A stretch of 64,000 nt of DNA from Crocinitomicaceae bacterium (GTDB lineage: Bacteria; Bacteroidota; Bacteroidia; Flavobacteriales_D; Crocinitomicaceae): the NCBI GenBank assembly GCA_047630755.1, contig JBLHYG010000019.1, positions 21,239-85,238 on the forward strand, in the 5' to 3' direction. Shown here piece after piece: positions 19,397-29,616 of this stretch. Every line of letters begins with the position of its first letter. Positions within the stretch are counted from its first letter, which is position 1. A program made the position numbers and the translations under genes. The notes below the pieces were generated by a model. It saw nothing but the letters and a program-made list of their open reading frames with translations, ran no database searches and was not told the DNA's origin.

Positions 19397-20392
19397 TTAA
19401 TTTTTGTTATAGATGTAAACTCCACCCACACGTCGACCGATACCGTCTGGACCTCGAACTACGGCAATAATACTTATTGCTCCTTCGCCTTTAAGCATTT
19501 TCAAATGCGTTTTGGCTTCTTCTGTCAATTCACTTCCTGTTCCTTCAAAAATTAGTTCTTCCGAATAGAGTTTCCATTTCTCAATTTTTGATTCTAGGTT
19601 TAGATGCATTTCTGAAGGATACTTTGCTGAAATCCCGATTGCATTAAGATCACACACTCTACCGTTTCTCGTGTCTCCGAAAAACAGTACAGGAAAAGGA
19701 AGGTTTTTAACCGGGAATTTATATTTTGACATTACTTCTGTAGAAGAATTTTTACAGTTTACAATAATGCTGATTGACCTACCTCTTCCAGGTTTCAGTG
19801 CATAAGTGAATGGTATTTCTTTAGTCTCAAAAGAAGCGCAAAAGTGACATTCAACATGATATTCATCGGCTGCAGGATCAATGTTTACTGTTACCGTATT
19901 CTCAATGCCTCTATAAAGAACTTGTCTATCATTGGTGACAATTGAGCTTAATAGAAGTTCCTGTTTGTCTTCATTATTACTCAAGAAAAAAATAGGCTTA
20001 TCTGTGTTAATAGTGCTGATTTCAAATGTTCCCTCGAGACGCAGTTGATTCCCATTTTGAGTTATAATGAACTCCAAAGCAAGCACTCCTTCCAGCGTTT
20101 TAATCTTTAATGAATCGGAAATGATCTCGAATGTGCCAAATGTATATGAACTTGTATCGCCCCCCTCAACTTTCTCAATTAGGAATGTTTTGTCGCTAAG
20201 AAATACAAAGGATTCATTATTTGTAGCAGCTCTCATGTTGGATTGTCCATAAATTGAACTTTCAACCGTCGAATCGATATGCCATCTTCCACTTAGTTGC
20301 TCAACCCCATGGTTGAATTTCCCTGTTGTTTCAACTTGGCTGAATACTCCTAAATAGAAAATGAGAAAGGCAACAGTAATTATAAACTTCAT
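19397..20392 (-). CDS. hypothetical secreted protein (N-terminal signal peptide)
   Basis: The ORF track gives 19397..20434. The start is moved to MKFIITVAFLIFYLGVFSQ. About 332 aa. No family recognised. It is the last gene of the pepT-holA-rsmE-DUF4159 co-directional run. Confidence 0.6.
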   Translation of the reverse strand: MKFIITVAFLIFYLGVFSQVETTGKFNHGVEQLSGRWHIDSTVESSIYGQSNMRAATNNESFVFLSDKTFLIEKVEGGDTSSYTFGTFEIISDSLKIKTLEGVLALEFIITQNGNQLRLEGTFEISTINTDKPIFFLSNNEDKQELLLSSIVTNDRQVLYRGIENTVTVNIDPAADEYHVECHFCASFETKEIPFTYALKPGRGRSISIIVNCKNSSTEVMSKYKFPVKNLPFPVLFFGDTRNGRVCDLNAIGISAKYPSEMHLNLESKIEKWKLYSEELIFEGTGSELTEEAKTHLKMLKGEGAISIIAVVRGPDGIGRRVGGVYIYNKN

Positions 20393-20417
20393 CTTAAAAG
20401 TAGGTCTGTTTTTGAAA

Positions 20418-21074
20418 TTACTGCATGAACGCATACATCAATATATTAGCGCCCATTTTTAAGGCTTGAATACGTTTGCTTTCTTCGTCGTTGTGGACTT
20501 CCGAATTTTCCCAGCCGTCACTCAAATCTGTTTCGTACGTGTAAAGGCAAACCAATCTTCCGTCTACGATGATTCCAAATGCTTGAGGTCTTTTTCCATC
20601 GTGCTCGTGAATTTTTGGCAATCCGTTAAAATCATAATTTTGATGAAAGATGTCGTGCGTAAATGGAAGCTCTACCAATTGATTTTCTGGAAATACTTTT
20701 TGGATTTCCACCCGGATAAACTCATCCATTCCGTAATTGTCATCAATGTGAAGAAATCCACCTGACATCAAATAGGTTCTCAAGTTTTCTGCTTCTGCCG
20801 CAGAAAAAACAACATTTCCGTGGCCTGTCATGTGCAGGTATGGGTACAAGAACAAGTCTGGACTTCCAACTTCAACGTAAGGTGTCTCCGTTGAAATGTT
20901 TGTTTCTAAATTCTGATTGCAAAATTTGATGAGGTTCGGAAGTGCCGTTGGGTTGGCGTAATAATCACCTCCGCCTCCGTATTTTAAAACGGCAAGTTGA
21001 TAACTGCTCTGGCTTTGAACGTTGAAAACGGCAAGTAAGGCGATTAATGTTATTATTGATTTTGCGAATCTCAT
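20418..21074 (-). CDS. DUF4159-like secreted protein
   Basis: Signal peptide (MRFAKSIITLIALLAVFNVQSQ) followed by SSYQLAVLKYGGGGDYYANPTALPNL, which I recall as DUF4159, commonly encoded next to rsmE in Bacteroidota. The start is moved to the internal Met. Confidence 0.6.
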   Translation of the reverse strand: MRFAKSIITLIALLAVFNVQSQSSYQLAVLKYGGGGDYYANPTALPNLIKFCNQNLETNISTETPYVEVGSPDLFLYPYLHMTGHGNVVFSAAEAENLRTYLMSGGFLHIDDNYGMDEFIRVEIQKVFPENQLVELPFTHDIFHQNYDFNGLPKIHEHDGKRPQAFGIIVDGRLVCLYTYETDLSDGWENSEVHNDEESKRIQALKMGANILMYAFMQ

Positions 21075-21766
21075 TCTGTGATTAATTTGGCATTCATACA
21101 AGCATATAACCCTGCTGTTTCGGTTCGTAGCCTGTTTTCACCTAATGTAATTGTTTTATAGCCACTTTGCAAGGCCAATTCGATTTCCTCTTTCGTGAAA
21201 TCTCCTTCTGGGCCGATCATTATTGGGCAATTTTTTAGTTCGAAAACATCTGATATTTTAGAACGTTCTTCATTATAACAATGCGCTATTAAGCCACTTG
21301 GATGTCTTTTAATGAATTCCTTGAAAGTCGTGAGTTCATTTATTTTAGGCAAGAACAATCGATGTGATTGCTTCATCGCAGAAACACATTTTTTAACAAG
21401 TCTATCGATTTTTATTTTGCTTCGTTCCGAATTTGTACATTCAATCAACGTAATTTCAGTTATACCGATCTCCGTCGCTTTTTCGAGAAACCATTCCAGC
21501 CGATCCATTTGTTTTGTTGGTCCAATCGCGATGTGAATCTCATAATCCGGGCGATCTTCAATCTTTTCATCAATGATCTTTAACTTACAACGCTTTGGAT
21601 TGTCTTCTGAAATTTGGCATTCGAAAAGACTGCCGTTTCCGTTGAGAAGTCCAACCGTGTCGCCAATATTCATTCTCAAAACACGAATGATATGTTTCGA
21701 TTCTTCTTCACTCAATTGATGTGAAGTGTCCTTAGAACTGATATTTGAGTCGTAAAATAAGCGCAT
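21071..21766 (-). CDS. rsmE: 16S rRNA (uracil1498-N3)-methyltransferase
   Basis: 231 aa. N-terminal PUA-like region and C-terminal SPOUT fold, with IMIGPEGDFTKEEIE typical of RsmE. Confidence 0.88.
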   Translation of the reverse strand: MRLFYDSNISSKDTSHQLSEEESKHIIRVLRMNIGDTVGLLNGNGSLFECQISEDNPKRCKLKIIDEKIEDRPDYEIHIAIGPTKQMDRLEWFLEKATEIGITEITLIECTNSERSKIKIDRLVKKCVSAMKQSHRLFLPKINELTTFKEFIKRHPSGLIAHCYNEERSKISDVFELKNCPIMIGPEGDFTKEEIELALQSGYKTITLGENRLRTETAGLYACMNAKLITE

Positions 21767-22764
21767 TAGTGCATCAATCGATAAGCCATTTCCTTCATTA
21801 ACTGTCCATGTGTGAACGACGAGTTGCCAATTCCTTTTGATTTCAAATCGAATTCGTGCAGTATTGCAATGTTCGCTGCAATTTTCTTCGGATTGTAAAT
21901 CTTAGCCGAGTTCAATAGTTGACTTGCGACGAAAGGGTGTACTCTTAATTCACCAGAAATATTTTCCTTTGATTTATTGGGTAAAAAGTGAATTTTCATC
22001 AACTTTGAGTAATGACCGAATAGGTTCGAAACAACCATGATTATACTTCCTGCCTTCGGATTGTGAACGAAATAATCGACAATCTTATTTGCTTTGGAAA
22101 CATCTCGGAGTCCAATCGCATTTACCAATTCAAAAACGTTATAGTCTTTAGAGATTCCTATGTTTTCTTCAACATGAATTTCATTGATAACAGTTCCTTT
22201 CTCAACAAGGATTTCGAGCTTGTCAAGTTCATTGGTGATCTTACTTAAGTCGTTCCCAAGGAATTCAGCCAAGAGCATACTCGCTTTCGGTGTAATTCCG
22301 TAACCACTTGACTTCACGTGCGATTCAATCCAGCTTGCGAGTCGGTATTCTTTTATTTTTTCTGATTTAAAAACGATTCCATTTTTTGCCGCCGCTTTCA
22401 TGGCTTTCTTTCTTGAATCGTAATTCTTGTATTTGTGGTTGATTACAAAAATTGTTTTGTCAGAAGGCGCATCGAAGTAGGATTTTAAATCTTCCAATCC
22501 TTTAAAATCTTGCGCTTCCCTGAGAATAACCAACCTTCGTTCAGCCATCATTGGATACCCTTTTGCTTCAGCAATTAAACTTCCCGCATCAGAATCCTTT
22601 CCGTATAAAATGCTTTGATTGAAATCGCGCTCATGTTCTTCTAACGCATTGGCAATGATTGCATCTGTGATTTTATCAATATAGTACGCCTCCTCACCAT
22701 GCAAGAAATAGATTTTTTCAAAGTTTTTCGCTTCGATTTGTTTTATGAGGGCGTTGTGATCCAT
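21766..22764 (-). CDS. holA: DNA polymerase III subunit delta
   Basis: 332 aa. IYFLHGEEAYYIDKITDAI and the overall HolA layout. Confidence 0.8.
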   Translation of the reverse strand: MDHNALIKQIEAKNFEKIYFLHGEEAYYIDKITDAIIANALEEHERDFNQSILYGKDSDAGSLIAEAKGYPMMAERRLVILREAQDFKGLEDLKSYFDAPSDKTIFVINHKYKNYDSRKKAMKAAAKNGIVFKSEKIKEYRLASWIESHVKSSGYGITPKASMLLAEFLGNDLSKITNELDKLEILVEKGTVINEIHVEENIGISKDYNVFELVNAIGLRDVSKANKIVDYFVHNPKAGSIIMVVSNLFGHYSKLMKIHFLPNKSKENISGELRVHPFVASQLLNSAKIYNPKKIAANIAILHEFDLKSKGIGNSSFTHGQLMKEMAYRLMH

Positions 22765-24011
22765 TAGCTATGCTTTGACCAAATTTGAACCAATTCAACC
22801 AATGTTGCAACACTTTTTTCCATATCTTGAATACTAACGAATTCATGACGCGAGTGAATGGCCATTTCTCCAGTAAATATATTTGGACAGGGCAATCCCA
22901 TAAAAGACAATCTAGAACCGTCAGTTCCTCCTCTAATTATTGCTGGAAGCGGTTTGATACCAGTATTTTCCATTGCCGAAATGGCGTAATCCGTAACAAA
23001 AGGAACATCTTTAATGATCTCCTTCATGTTTCTGTATTGTTCCTTAACCTCGAATTTGTACTGTAATTCTGGATAGTTTGAAAGGGTTTCCTTCAATAAA
23101 CCTTCCAGACGGATTTCGTATTCATCAAGTTTAGCTGTAATATGATCACGAATAATGAATGAGACGCTCGCTTGCTCCATTCCTCCAGAAATTGTGTGCG
23201 GATGAACAAAACCCTCACGGTCTTGAGTCGTTTCAGGTGACCAGCTATCTTTAGGCAATGAAGCCACAAACTCAGATACAACTTTCAAAGCATTGACCAT
23301 TTTACCTTTTGAATATCCAGGATGGGCTGCAATTCCCTGTACCGTAACAACTACACCATCAGCAGAGAAGCTTTCGTCTTCAATTGACCCAAGCGTTGCG
23401 CTATCTAAGGTGTATCCATAATCTGCATTCAATTTATCCATGTCCAAGTGGTCAACACCGCGACCTACTTCTTCATCGGGTGTGAATAAAATTCGAATTG
23501 AAGGATGTTTGATTTCTGGATTTGAAAGCATGTGTTTTGCAAAATCCATGATTATTGCAACGCCCGCTTTATCATCTGCACCAAGTAATGTCAGTCCACT
23601 TGCCGTGATTATGTCATCGCCAATTTTTTCTGTCAAATAAGGATGTTGTTCAACCGTAATGACTTGATTCGTATCGTCTGGTAAAGTTATCGGAGCACCA
23701 TCGTAATTTCTGTGAACGATTGGTTTCACATTCTTTCCTGTTACATCTGGTGCAGTATCCATGTGGGAACAAAAGCAAATTGTAGGAAGAGAATCATTGT
23801 CCGTATTATTCGGAATCGTTCCAAAAACGTAACCCCACTCATCCATTTCAGCATCCGAAACGCCCATGTCCAATAACTCTTGAAGTAATACTTTTCCAAG
23901 ATCCTTCTGAATCATAGAGGAAGGAAATGTACTTGAATTTGGATCTGCCGTTGTGTCTATTTTGGCGTATTTTATAAAACGGGATTCAACCGTTGAGTTG
24001 TAATTTTGCAT
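22764..24011 (-). CDS. pepT: peptidase T (tripeptide aminopeptidase, M20B)
   Basis: 415 aa. N-terminal RFIKYAKIDTTADP and CSHMDTAPD metal-binding block typical of PepT. Confidence 0.88.
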   Translation of the reverse strand: MQNYNSTVESRFIKYAKIDTTADPNSSTFPSSMIQKDLGKVLLQELLDMGVSDAEMDEWGYVFGTIPNNTDNDSLPTICFCSHMDTAPDVTGKNVKPIVHRNYDGAPITLPDDTNQVITVEQHPYLTEKIGDDIITASGLTLLGADDKAGVAIIMDFAKHMLSNPEIKHPSIRILFTPDEEVGRGVDHLDMDKLNADYGYTLDSATLGSIEDESFSADGVVVTVQGIAAHPGYSKGKMVNALKVVSEFVASLPKDSWSPETTQDREGFVHPHTISGGMEQASVSFIIRDHITAKLDEYEIRLEGLLKETLSNYPELQYKFEVKEQYRNMKEIIKDVPFVTDYAISAMENTGIKPLPAIIRGGTDGSRLSFMGLPCPNIFTGEMAIHSRHEFVSIQDMEKSVATLVELVQIWSKHS

Positions 24012-24057
24012 GAAATAAATTTGAACTCAAATGTAACAAATTGATCTCAGATTTAAG

Positions 24058-24092
24058 CAAAAAAAAAGCCTTCTCGGTTCAACCGAGAAAGC
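24058..24092 (-). terminator. rho-independent terminator downstream of ndk
   Basis: GCCTTCTCGGTT-CAA-CCGAGAAAGC hairpin. On the minus strand it is followed by a T9 run. Confidence 0.6.
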
Positions 24093-24116
24093 TCTCATAA
24101 ATATTGTTTTTGTGAC

Positions 24117-24536
24117 TTAGAAAATTTCAGCAGCACTAAAGTGAAAATCACTTTCGATTTGTGCATTCTCATCAGAATCAGATCCGTGAACTGCGTTTCT
24201 ACCTTTAGATTCAGCATATTTTGCACGAATTGTTCCTTCAGCCGCCTCAGCAGGATCAGTAGCACCAATCATATCTCTAAAATCTGCAACCGCGTTGTCT
24301 TTTTCCAAGATCGCTGCAACGATTGGTCCAGAAGTCATATATTCAACTAGCTCTCCGTAGAAAGGACGCTCTGCGTGAACCGCATAAAATTCTTTCGCTT
24401 GCGCGTCAGATAATTGAGTGTACTTCATTGCTTTGATTGAAAATCCAGCTTCAGTGATCATTTGAAGGATGTTTCCGATGTTCCCGTTCTCAATTGAATC
24501 AGGCTTCAACATTGTAAAAGTTCTATTCGTTGCCAT
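24117..24536 (-). CDS. ndk: nucleoside-diphosphate kinase
   Basis: Start at [13 protein letters not shown]. 139 aa. The NDK active-site region NAVHGSDS is present. Confidence 0.93.
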   Translation of the reverse strand: MATNRTFTMLKPDSIENGNIGNILQMITEAGFSIKAMKYTQLSDAQAKEFYAVHAERPFYGELVEYMTSGPIVAAILEKDNAVADFRDMIGATDPAEAAEGTIRAKYAESKGRNAVHGSDSDENAQIESDFHFSAAEIF

Positions 24537-24653
24537 TTTAATATATATTTCAAATTTTGCGCAAAGATACACAATTCTTAAAAGTAGAGTGTAATATGTT
24601 TGAGAAGAATTTGTTAGATTTGTCTAACATTTTAAAAAGATAATTCAAAAAGT

Positions 24654-25508
24654 ATGGATCCGGTAATTGGTTATTCTAGTTGGTACAGCAGTATGGTTGA
24701 CTATTTGGCTTCCATTGACCCAGTACTTGCAGCGCTTTATGCCACCTTATTCACATGGTTTTTAACGGCAGCTGGAGCGGGGCTTGTTTTCTTTTTTAAA
24801 ACCCTTCATCGAGGTGTTTTAGATGCTATGCTTGGTTTTACTGGTGGAGTAATGGTTGCGGCCAGTTTCTGGTCCCTTTTAGCACCGTCCATAGAAATGT
24901 CTGAAAGTATGTACCCTTCAATGAAGTGGATGCCTGCCGCAGTTGGTTTCTTAGTAGGAGCACTGTTCCTTTTTGGATTGGATAAGATATTGCCTCATTT
25001 GCATATTAACTTTAGAGAAGAAGAGAAAGAAGGTGTTAAAACGGAATGGCATAAAACAACACTTTTAGTCTTAGCAATTACACTTCACAATATTCCAGAA
25101 GGATTGGCGGTTGGGGTTGTGTTTGGAGCCGCTGGAATGGGTATTGATGGGGTAACGACGGCAGCAGCAGTTAGTTTGGCTATCGGAATTGGAATTCAAA
25201 ACTTTCCTGAAGGTTTCGCCGTTGCAATGCCATTGAGAAGACAAGGTGTAAGTAGAAGAAAAAGTTTTTGGTACGGTCAGATGTCGGCTATTGTAGAACC
25301 CATTTTTGGTGTGATAGGAGCTATGGCTGTTATATATATGGAGCCCATTTTACCTTATGCTTTGGCCTTTGCCGCAGGAGCAATGATCTATGTTGTTGTT
25401 GAGGAGGTAATTCCTGAAACCCAGAGGGATAAGTTTACCGACGTTGCCGTGCTTGGTTTTATAGGCGGTTTTCTCATTATGATGATCCTAGATGTTTCAT
25501 TGGGTTAA
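24654..25508 (+). CDS. ZIP-family divalent metal transporter (ZupT-like)
   Basis: Multi-pass membrane protein with HNIPEGLAVG and QNFPEGFAV motifs characteristic of ZIP transporters. Confidence 0.82.
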   Translation: MDPVIGYSSWYSSMVDYLASIDPVLAALYATLFTWFLTAAGAGLVFFFKTLHRGVLDAMLGFTGGVMVAASFWSLLAPSIEMSESMYPSMKWMPAAVGFLVGALFLFGLDKILPHLHINFREEEKEGVKTEWHKTTLLVLAITLHNIPEGLAVGVVFGAAGMGIDGVTTAAAVSLAIGIGIQNFPEGFAVAMPLRRQGVSRRKSFWYGQMSAIVEPIFGVIGAMAVIYMEPILPYALAFAAGAMIYVVVEEVIPETQRDKFTDVAVLGFIGGFLIMMILDVSLG

Positions 25509-25725
25509 TGAAAAATTAACAAATTTTTAATAATTTTAATAGTGTTTATCTAACTTTTACAATTAGATTTGTACCAGAGAAAAAGGTAAAAGAAATTTTA
25601 CTTTTTTGAGTTTTATAGTTTTAGCATGGTTTAGCTGAAAGAGGAATAAGTTTCACGAAAACTTGTTCCTCTTTCTGGTTTTAGGAGTTTTCCGTACATT
25701 TAAAGGAATTAAATAACAACCAACT

Positions 25726-27216
25726 ATGAAATCAACCTTACTTTCTTTTGCTTTTATTGCCTTGACGTATTTTTTAAATGCTCAAACTCAAGGGGTTTCA
25801 TATCCTTCAGTGGGTAGAGGCGTAGCGACAACATTCGTTAATGATTACCACAGTCTAGGAATCAATAATTCAGCTTTGGGTTGGGGAAATGACTATGGAA
25901 AGAAGGTTACAACAGGAATGTCTGAATTTAGTTTGGGGTTTTATTCAGATTCTTTGTCCTCTGAACGATTAAAGAAATTGTATAAGGCAATTCGAACAGA
26001 TATGAAGGATGAAGAGCCAACAGAAGGGCAGTGGGCAGAACAAAAAGAATATGCCCAAGACTATGTCGAAAGTGGAATGGCAATTGATCTAAGCTATAAC
26101 TGGTTGGGTTTCTCTTTTCAAACTAAAAAATTCGGTGGGATTGCATTTAGCGTTTCGGAACACTACAATTGGTACTCTAAGCTGAATTCCCAAACCAGTG
26201 ACCTTATTTTTCAAGGAAAGCTTTCATCGTACTTTGATCAATTGACTGTTGTTTATGGAACAGATACGACTATGATTTCAAACTCTGGAAATGTTCCACA
26301 GGATTCTTTGGATCATGTAATTGAAGGATCAGCCTCTGTTCCTTTGAATTTAAGTGGTATTACAAACGGTTCTAGAATTCAATTCACTTGGAACCGCCAT
26401 TACAACTTTGGATACGGTAAAAAACTATTTGGTAACGATTCAACATTTGCGGTTTATGGTGGAATAGGTGGGCGTTTTATTCAGTCAATGGCCATGTATG
26501 ATATGGTATCTGACGATGATGGAATAAAAATGTATTCTGCAATGTCACCGAGCTACAATCTTGATTATGGTTCAGTTTCGAACATAAACCCTTCCAATTT
26601 TACAGAGTCTGGTTTCATTCCAAAACCTGTTGGAACAGGATATGGAGTTGACGTATCTGCGAGTGTTAAATTGTTTGGTAAGTTGAAAATTGCCGCTGCT
26701 GTAAATAATGTTGGTTCCGTAAAGTACACCCGAAACGTATATAGGGTTAAGGATACATTGGTAGCAAACATGTCTCTTGGAGGGATAAGTGATTACAACA
26801 TTACTGACGCGATAGAGCCATTGTTGGAAGATGGAGGGCTGTTCTCATTGGTTGGAGAGGAAGAACACGTCGTAAATAACGCAGCAACTTTTAGAATTGG
26901 AGGTAGTATTGATCTTGGGAAATTTTTGAGTTTGGGAATTGATCTTGTTACTCCTTTTAATAAAGAGAACCCGGGAAGTTTGGCAAATGGAGTCATCGCT
27001 GTTGGTGGAGATTTTAAGCCAGCGAAGTGGATCGCTATTAGCGCAGGGTATTTAGGAGGCGGAATTTATAAGCACAATGTTCCCGTTGGAGTTAACTTCA
27101 TTCTTGGCGGAGGAACTTACGAATTTGGAATTTCATCAAGAGATGCATTGTCGTTCTTCTTGGATTCTTCAAACAGTATTTCTACAGCATTTGGATTTGC
27201 AAGGGTTCGTTTTTAG
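25726..27216 (+). CDS. hypothetical outer-membrane beta-barrel-like protein
   Basis: Signal peptide present. 496 aa. Alternating hydrophobic pattern, Gly/Ser/Asn-rich, C-terminal residue Phe (AFGFARVRF). No family assigned. Confidence 0.55.
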   Translation: MKSTLLSFAFIALTYFLNAQTQGVSYPSVGRGVATTFVNDYHSLGINNSALGWGNDYGKKVTTGMSEFSLGFYSDSLSSERLKKLYKAIRTDMKDEEPTEGQWAEQKEYAQDYVESGMAIDLSYNWLGFSFQTKKFGGIAFSVSEHYNWYSKLNSQTSDLIFQGKLSSYFDQLTVVYGTDTTMISNSGNVPQDSLDHVIEGSASVPLNLSGITNGSRIQFTWNRHYNFGYGKKLFGNDSTFAVYGGIGGRFIQSMAMYDMVSDDDGIKMYSAMSPSYNLDYGSVSNINPSNFTESGFIPKPVGTGYGVDVSASVKLFGKLKIAAAVNNVGSVKYTRNVYRVKDTLVANMSLGGISDYNITDAIEPLLEDGGLFSLVGEEEHVVNNAATFRIGGSIDLGKFLSLGIDLVTPFNKENPGSLANGVIAVGGDFKPAKWIAISAGYLGGGIYKHNVPVGVNFILGGGTYEFGISSRDALSFFLDSSNSISTAFGFARVRF

Positions 27217-27845
27217 AACGATTTCAAAACAGCTTTAAATTCGGAAAGGATCATTGCGGTTGCTCCCCAAACTACTTTGTCTTCAATATCGAAGTAGGGA
27301 ATGTTCTTTTGGTCGAATCCATTTCGAAACTTTAGGTTGGTGCGCTTTAAGAGATTATCATCCAATAATGTTTCGATTTCAAAGCTAAATATTTCGTCAA
27401 CTTCTCTCTCGTCTGGCTTTAACTCCGGTAGAGACTCAACATAGAAAACGTAAGGTTGAACAAGGAATTTACTGACTGGAATGTAAACTTCACTTAGCAG
27501 ACCGATCGTTTTCATTCGCGTTGGCTCTAGGGCTATTTCCTCCATGCATTCGCGCTTGGCCGTATATTCTAAATCAGGATCAGTGGAGTCCATTTTTCCG
27601 CCTGGAAAGCTTACTTGACCGCCATGCGTTCCATCGTATTGAGGGCGCTGAATTAAAACACATCGAATTGAATCGGCTTCTTCATACAAAACAAGACCGA
27701 CGGCTGATTTTCGATAATTCGTTGCGCGTTTTAAAGCTTCTTGAGAGAAAGGTCGATTGATAGGCATTAAATCCGCATGTGCCATTTCCCCGGGGAGTTC
27801 TTTATCCAAAGCAGACTGCAGCCTAATTATGAAATGGTCGGACAT
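27213..27845 (-). CDS. NUDIX hydrolase, CoA pyrophosphatase-like
   Basis: Nudix box GGKMDSTDPDLEYTAKRECMEEIAL; 210 aa. Confidence 0.78.
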   Translation of the reverse strand: MSDHFIIRLQSALDKELPGEMAHADLMPINRPFSQEALKRATNYRKSAVGLVLYEEADSIRCVLIQRPQYDGTHGGQVSFPGGKMDSTDPDLEYTAKRECMEEIALEPTRMKTIGLLSEVYIPVSKFLVQPYVFYVESLPELKPDEREVDEIFSFEIETLLDDNLLKRTNLKFRNGFDQKNIPYFDIEDKVVWGATAMILSEFKAVLKSF

Positions 27846-27847
27846 TT

Positions 27848-28441
27848 TTACTCTATACTAGAAAGGATTTCAATAAAATCGTCGTGCAAATATCCCATAT
27901 TATCTTCCTTACCAATAAGTTGAAAGACATAATATTTATTCCCTACTTGTATTGTGGCTAAGAAATAAGTTGTCGGCAGGTCGTTTTCGTATCGAGAACC
28001 ACTTATGACCTGAATATAACCAGGGTATTTGACAGATTTTGGGACTGCCTTTTTTATTGATATTGTATATTCATCAAGGGTGTTTAATCGTTTTTCAGAA
28101 TAAACATCGTGAACTGCATCTAATGCGTCAATTTCTGTATCAAATGAGTATGCATAAGCATCGGCCTCAGATTGGGTGAAAGATTCTACGGTAAAGTAAA
28201 GCGACAATTGAGGTATCACTCGAACAGCTGCGTCGTCTTGAATTACCATGTTGTCGTAACTAGACCGCTCAAACAAATTAGAGATTTTAAAGTTGAGTCC
28301 CTTGTGGTAAAAGCCAACAGGTTGAGGTAAGTCCATGTTGTTTTCTTGAATCAACTCTAAAGGTGATTTGGAAGTTGTTTCTGGACAAGCAGTTAGCAGA
28401 AAAAGTCCTGCACAAAGTGTTATAATTGTTTTGATCTTCAC
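27848..28441 (-). CDS. hypothetical lipoprotein (probable GTG start)
   Basis: The ORF track's ATG at 28597 would give a 50-aa non-signal extension that overlaps the divergent trhO start. A GTG at 28441 gives VKIKTIITLCAGLFLLTAC, a clean lipoprotein signal. No family recognised. Confidence 0.45.
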   Translation of the reverse strand: MKIKTIITLCAGLFLLTACPETTSKSPLELIQENNMDLPQPVGFYHKGLNFKISNLFERSSYDNMVIQDDAAVRVIPQLSLYFTVESFTQSEADAYAYSFDTEIDALDAVHDVYSEKRLNTLDEYTISIKKAVPKSVKYPGYIQVISGSRYENDLPTTYFLATIQVGNKYYVFQLIGKEDNMGYLHDDFIEILSSIE

Positions 28442-28533
28442 GTTTACGAATATACCATTTATGCCCACATTTTGATGAGAATTTTTATAAATTGATGTAT
28501 CTTTGTTCAACTTTTTAACGAAATAAACATAGC

Positions 28534-29577
28534 ATGCAACTGTGGAATAAATTAAGTAAAGAGGAACTTGAAGCTCAATTGAGAGAGAAAGGGACAAAAT
28601 TTGTTACTATTTCTTTTTATCAATATGCCAATATAGAAGATCCTCAATCATTCAGAGATCACCTTTTTCAGATGTGGTCAAATTTAGACGTAGTCGGAAG
28701 AACTTACGTCGCACAAGAAGGGATTAATGCCCAGATGTCTGTTCCAATTGGGAATCTCGATCAATTCAGAAAAGAACTTTACGAAATTGATTTCCTTGAT
28801 CAAATTAGACTAAATATCGCGGTCGAAGAGGAGTCAGCTGAATTTCCTTTTATCAAATTGAAAGTTAAAGTCAGAAAAAAGATTTTAGCAGATGGATTGG
28901 AAGACGAATCGTTTGACGTTACCAAAAAGGGAAAGCATTTATCAGCTAAAGAGTTTAATAATTTAACAGATGATCCTGATACCATTCTAATTGATTTTAG
29001 AAATCACTACGAATCTGAGGTTGGGCATTTCAAAGGCGCGATTACTCCGGATGTCGACACGTTTAGAGATTCACTTCCAATTATTGAAGAGGAGTATTTA
29101 AAAGGAAACGAAAATAAAAACTTGGTCATGTATTGTACCGGTGGTATTCGTTGTGAAAAGGCTTCGGCTTGGTTCAAGCACCGAGGATTTGAAAATGTAC
29201 ATCAATTAGAAGGCGGAATTATCAATTACGCAAATCAGTGCACGGACGAAGGCGTTGAGAACAAATTTGTTGGAAAGAACTTTGTTTTTGACGAACGAAA
29301 AGGGGAACGAATTACGGAAGATGTAATTTCTGTTTGTCATCAATGTGGCGAACCTGCGGATGATCATACGAACTGTGTAAATCAAGCATGCCATCTTTTA
29401 TTTATTCAATGTGAATCGTGCAATGAGAAAATGGACAACTGCTGCACTCCCGAATGCCAAGAGGTCATTCATTTACCAGAAGAAGAACAAAAAATAATTC
29501 GCCAACAAACCACGGTGAGTAATAAGATCTTTAAAAAAGGACGGTCTGAAAAATTGCCCTTCAAAAGCAGAGGGTAA
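28534..29577 (+). CDS. trhO: tRNA uridine(34) hydroxylase (rhodanese-domain UPF0176/YceA family)
   Basis: Rhodanese active-site loop CTGGIRCEKA and a C-terminal Cys-rich region, in the TrhO/YceA layout. Confidence 0.8.
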   Translation: MQLWNKLSKEELEAQLREKGTKFVTISFYQYANIEDPQSFRDHLFQMWSNLDVVGRTYVAQEGINAQMSVPIGNLDQFRKELYEIDFLDQIRLNIAVEEESAEFPFIKLKVKVRKKILADGLEDESFDVTKKGKHLSAKEFNNLTDDPDTILIDFRNHYESEVGHFKGAITPDVDTFRDSLPIIEEEYLKGNENKNLVMYCTGGIRCEKASAWFKHRGFENVHQLEGGIINYANQCTDEGVENKFVGKNFVFDERKGERITEDVISVCHQCGEPADDHTNCVNQACHLLFIQCESCNEKMDNCCTPECQEVIHLPEEEQKIIRQQTTVSNKIFKKGRSEKLPFKSRG

Positions 29578-29616
29578 AAGTGTATATTTGGAAATAACTA
29601 AAAAAGTAGATTAAAC

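Noticed and set aside
27848-28597. ORF-track ATG start at 28597 for the lipoprotein gene
   Set aside because: That start would add a 50-residue non-signal N-terminal extension overlapping the divergent trhO start at 28534. A GTG at 28441 gives a canonical lipoprotein signal. The longer form cannot be excluded without homologues.
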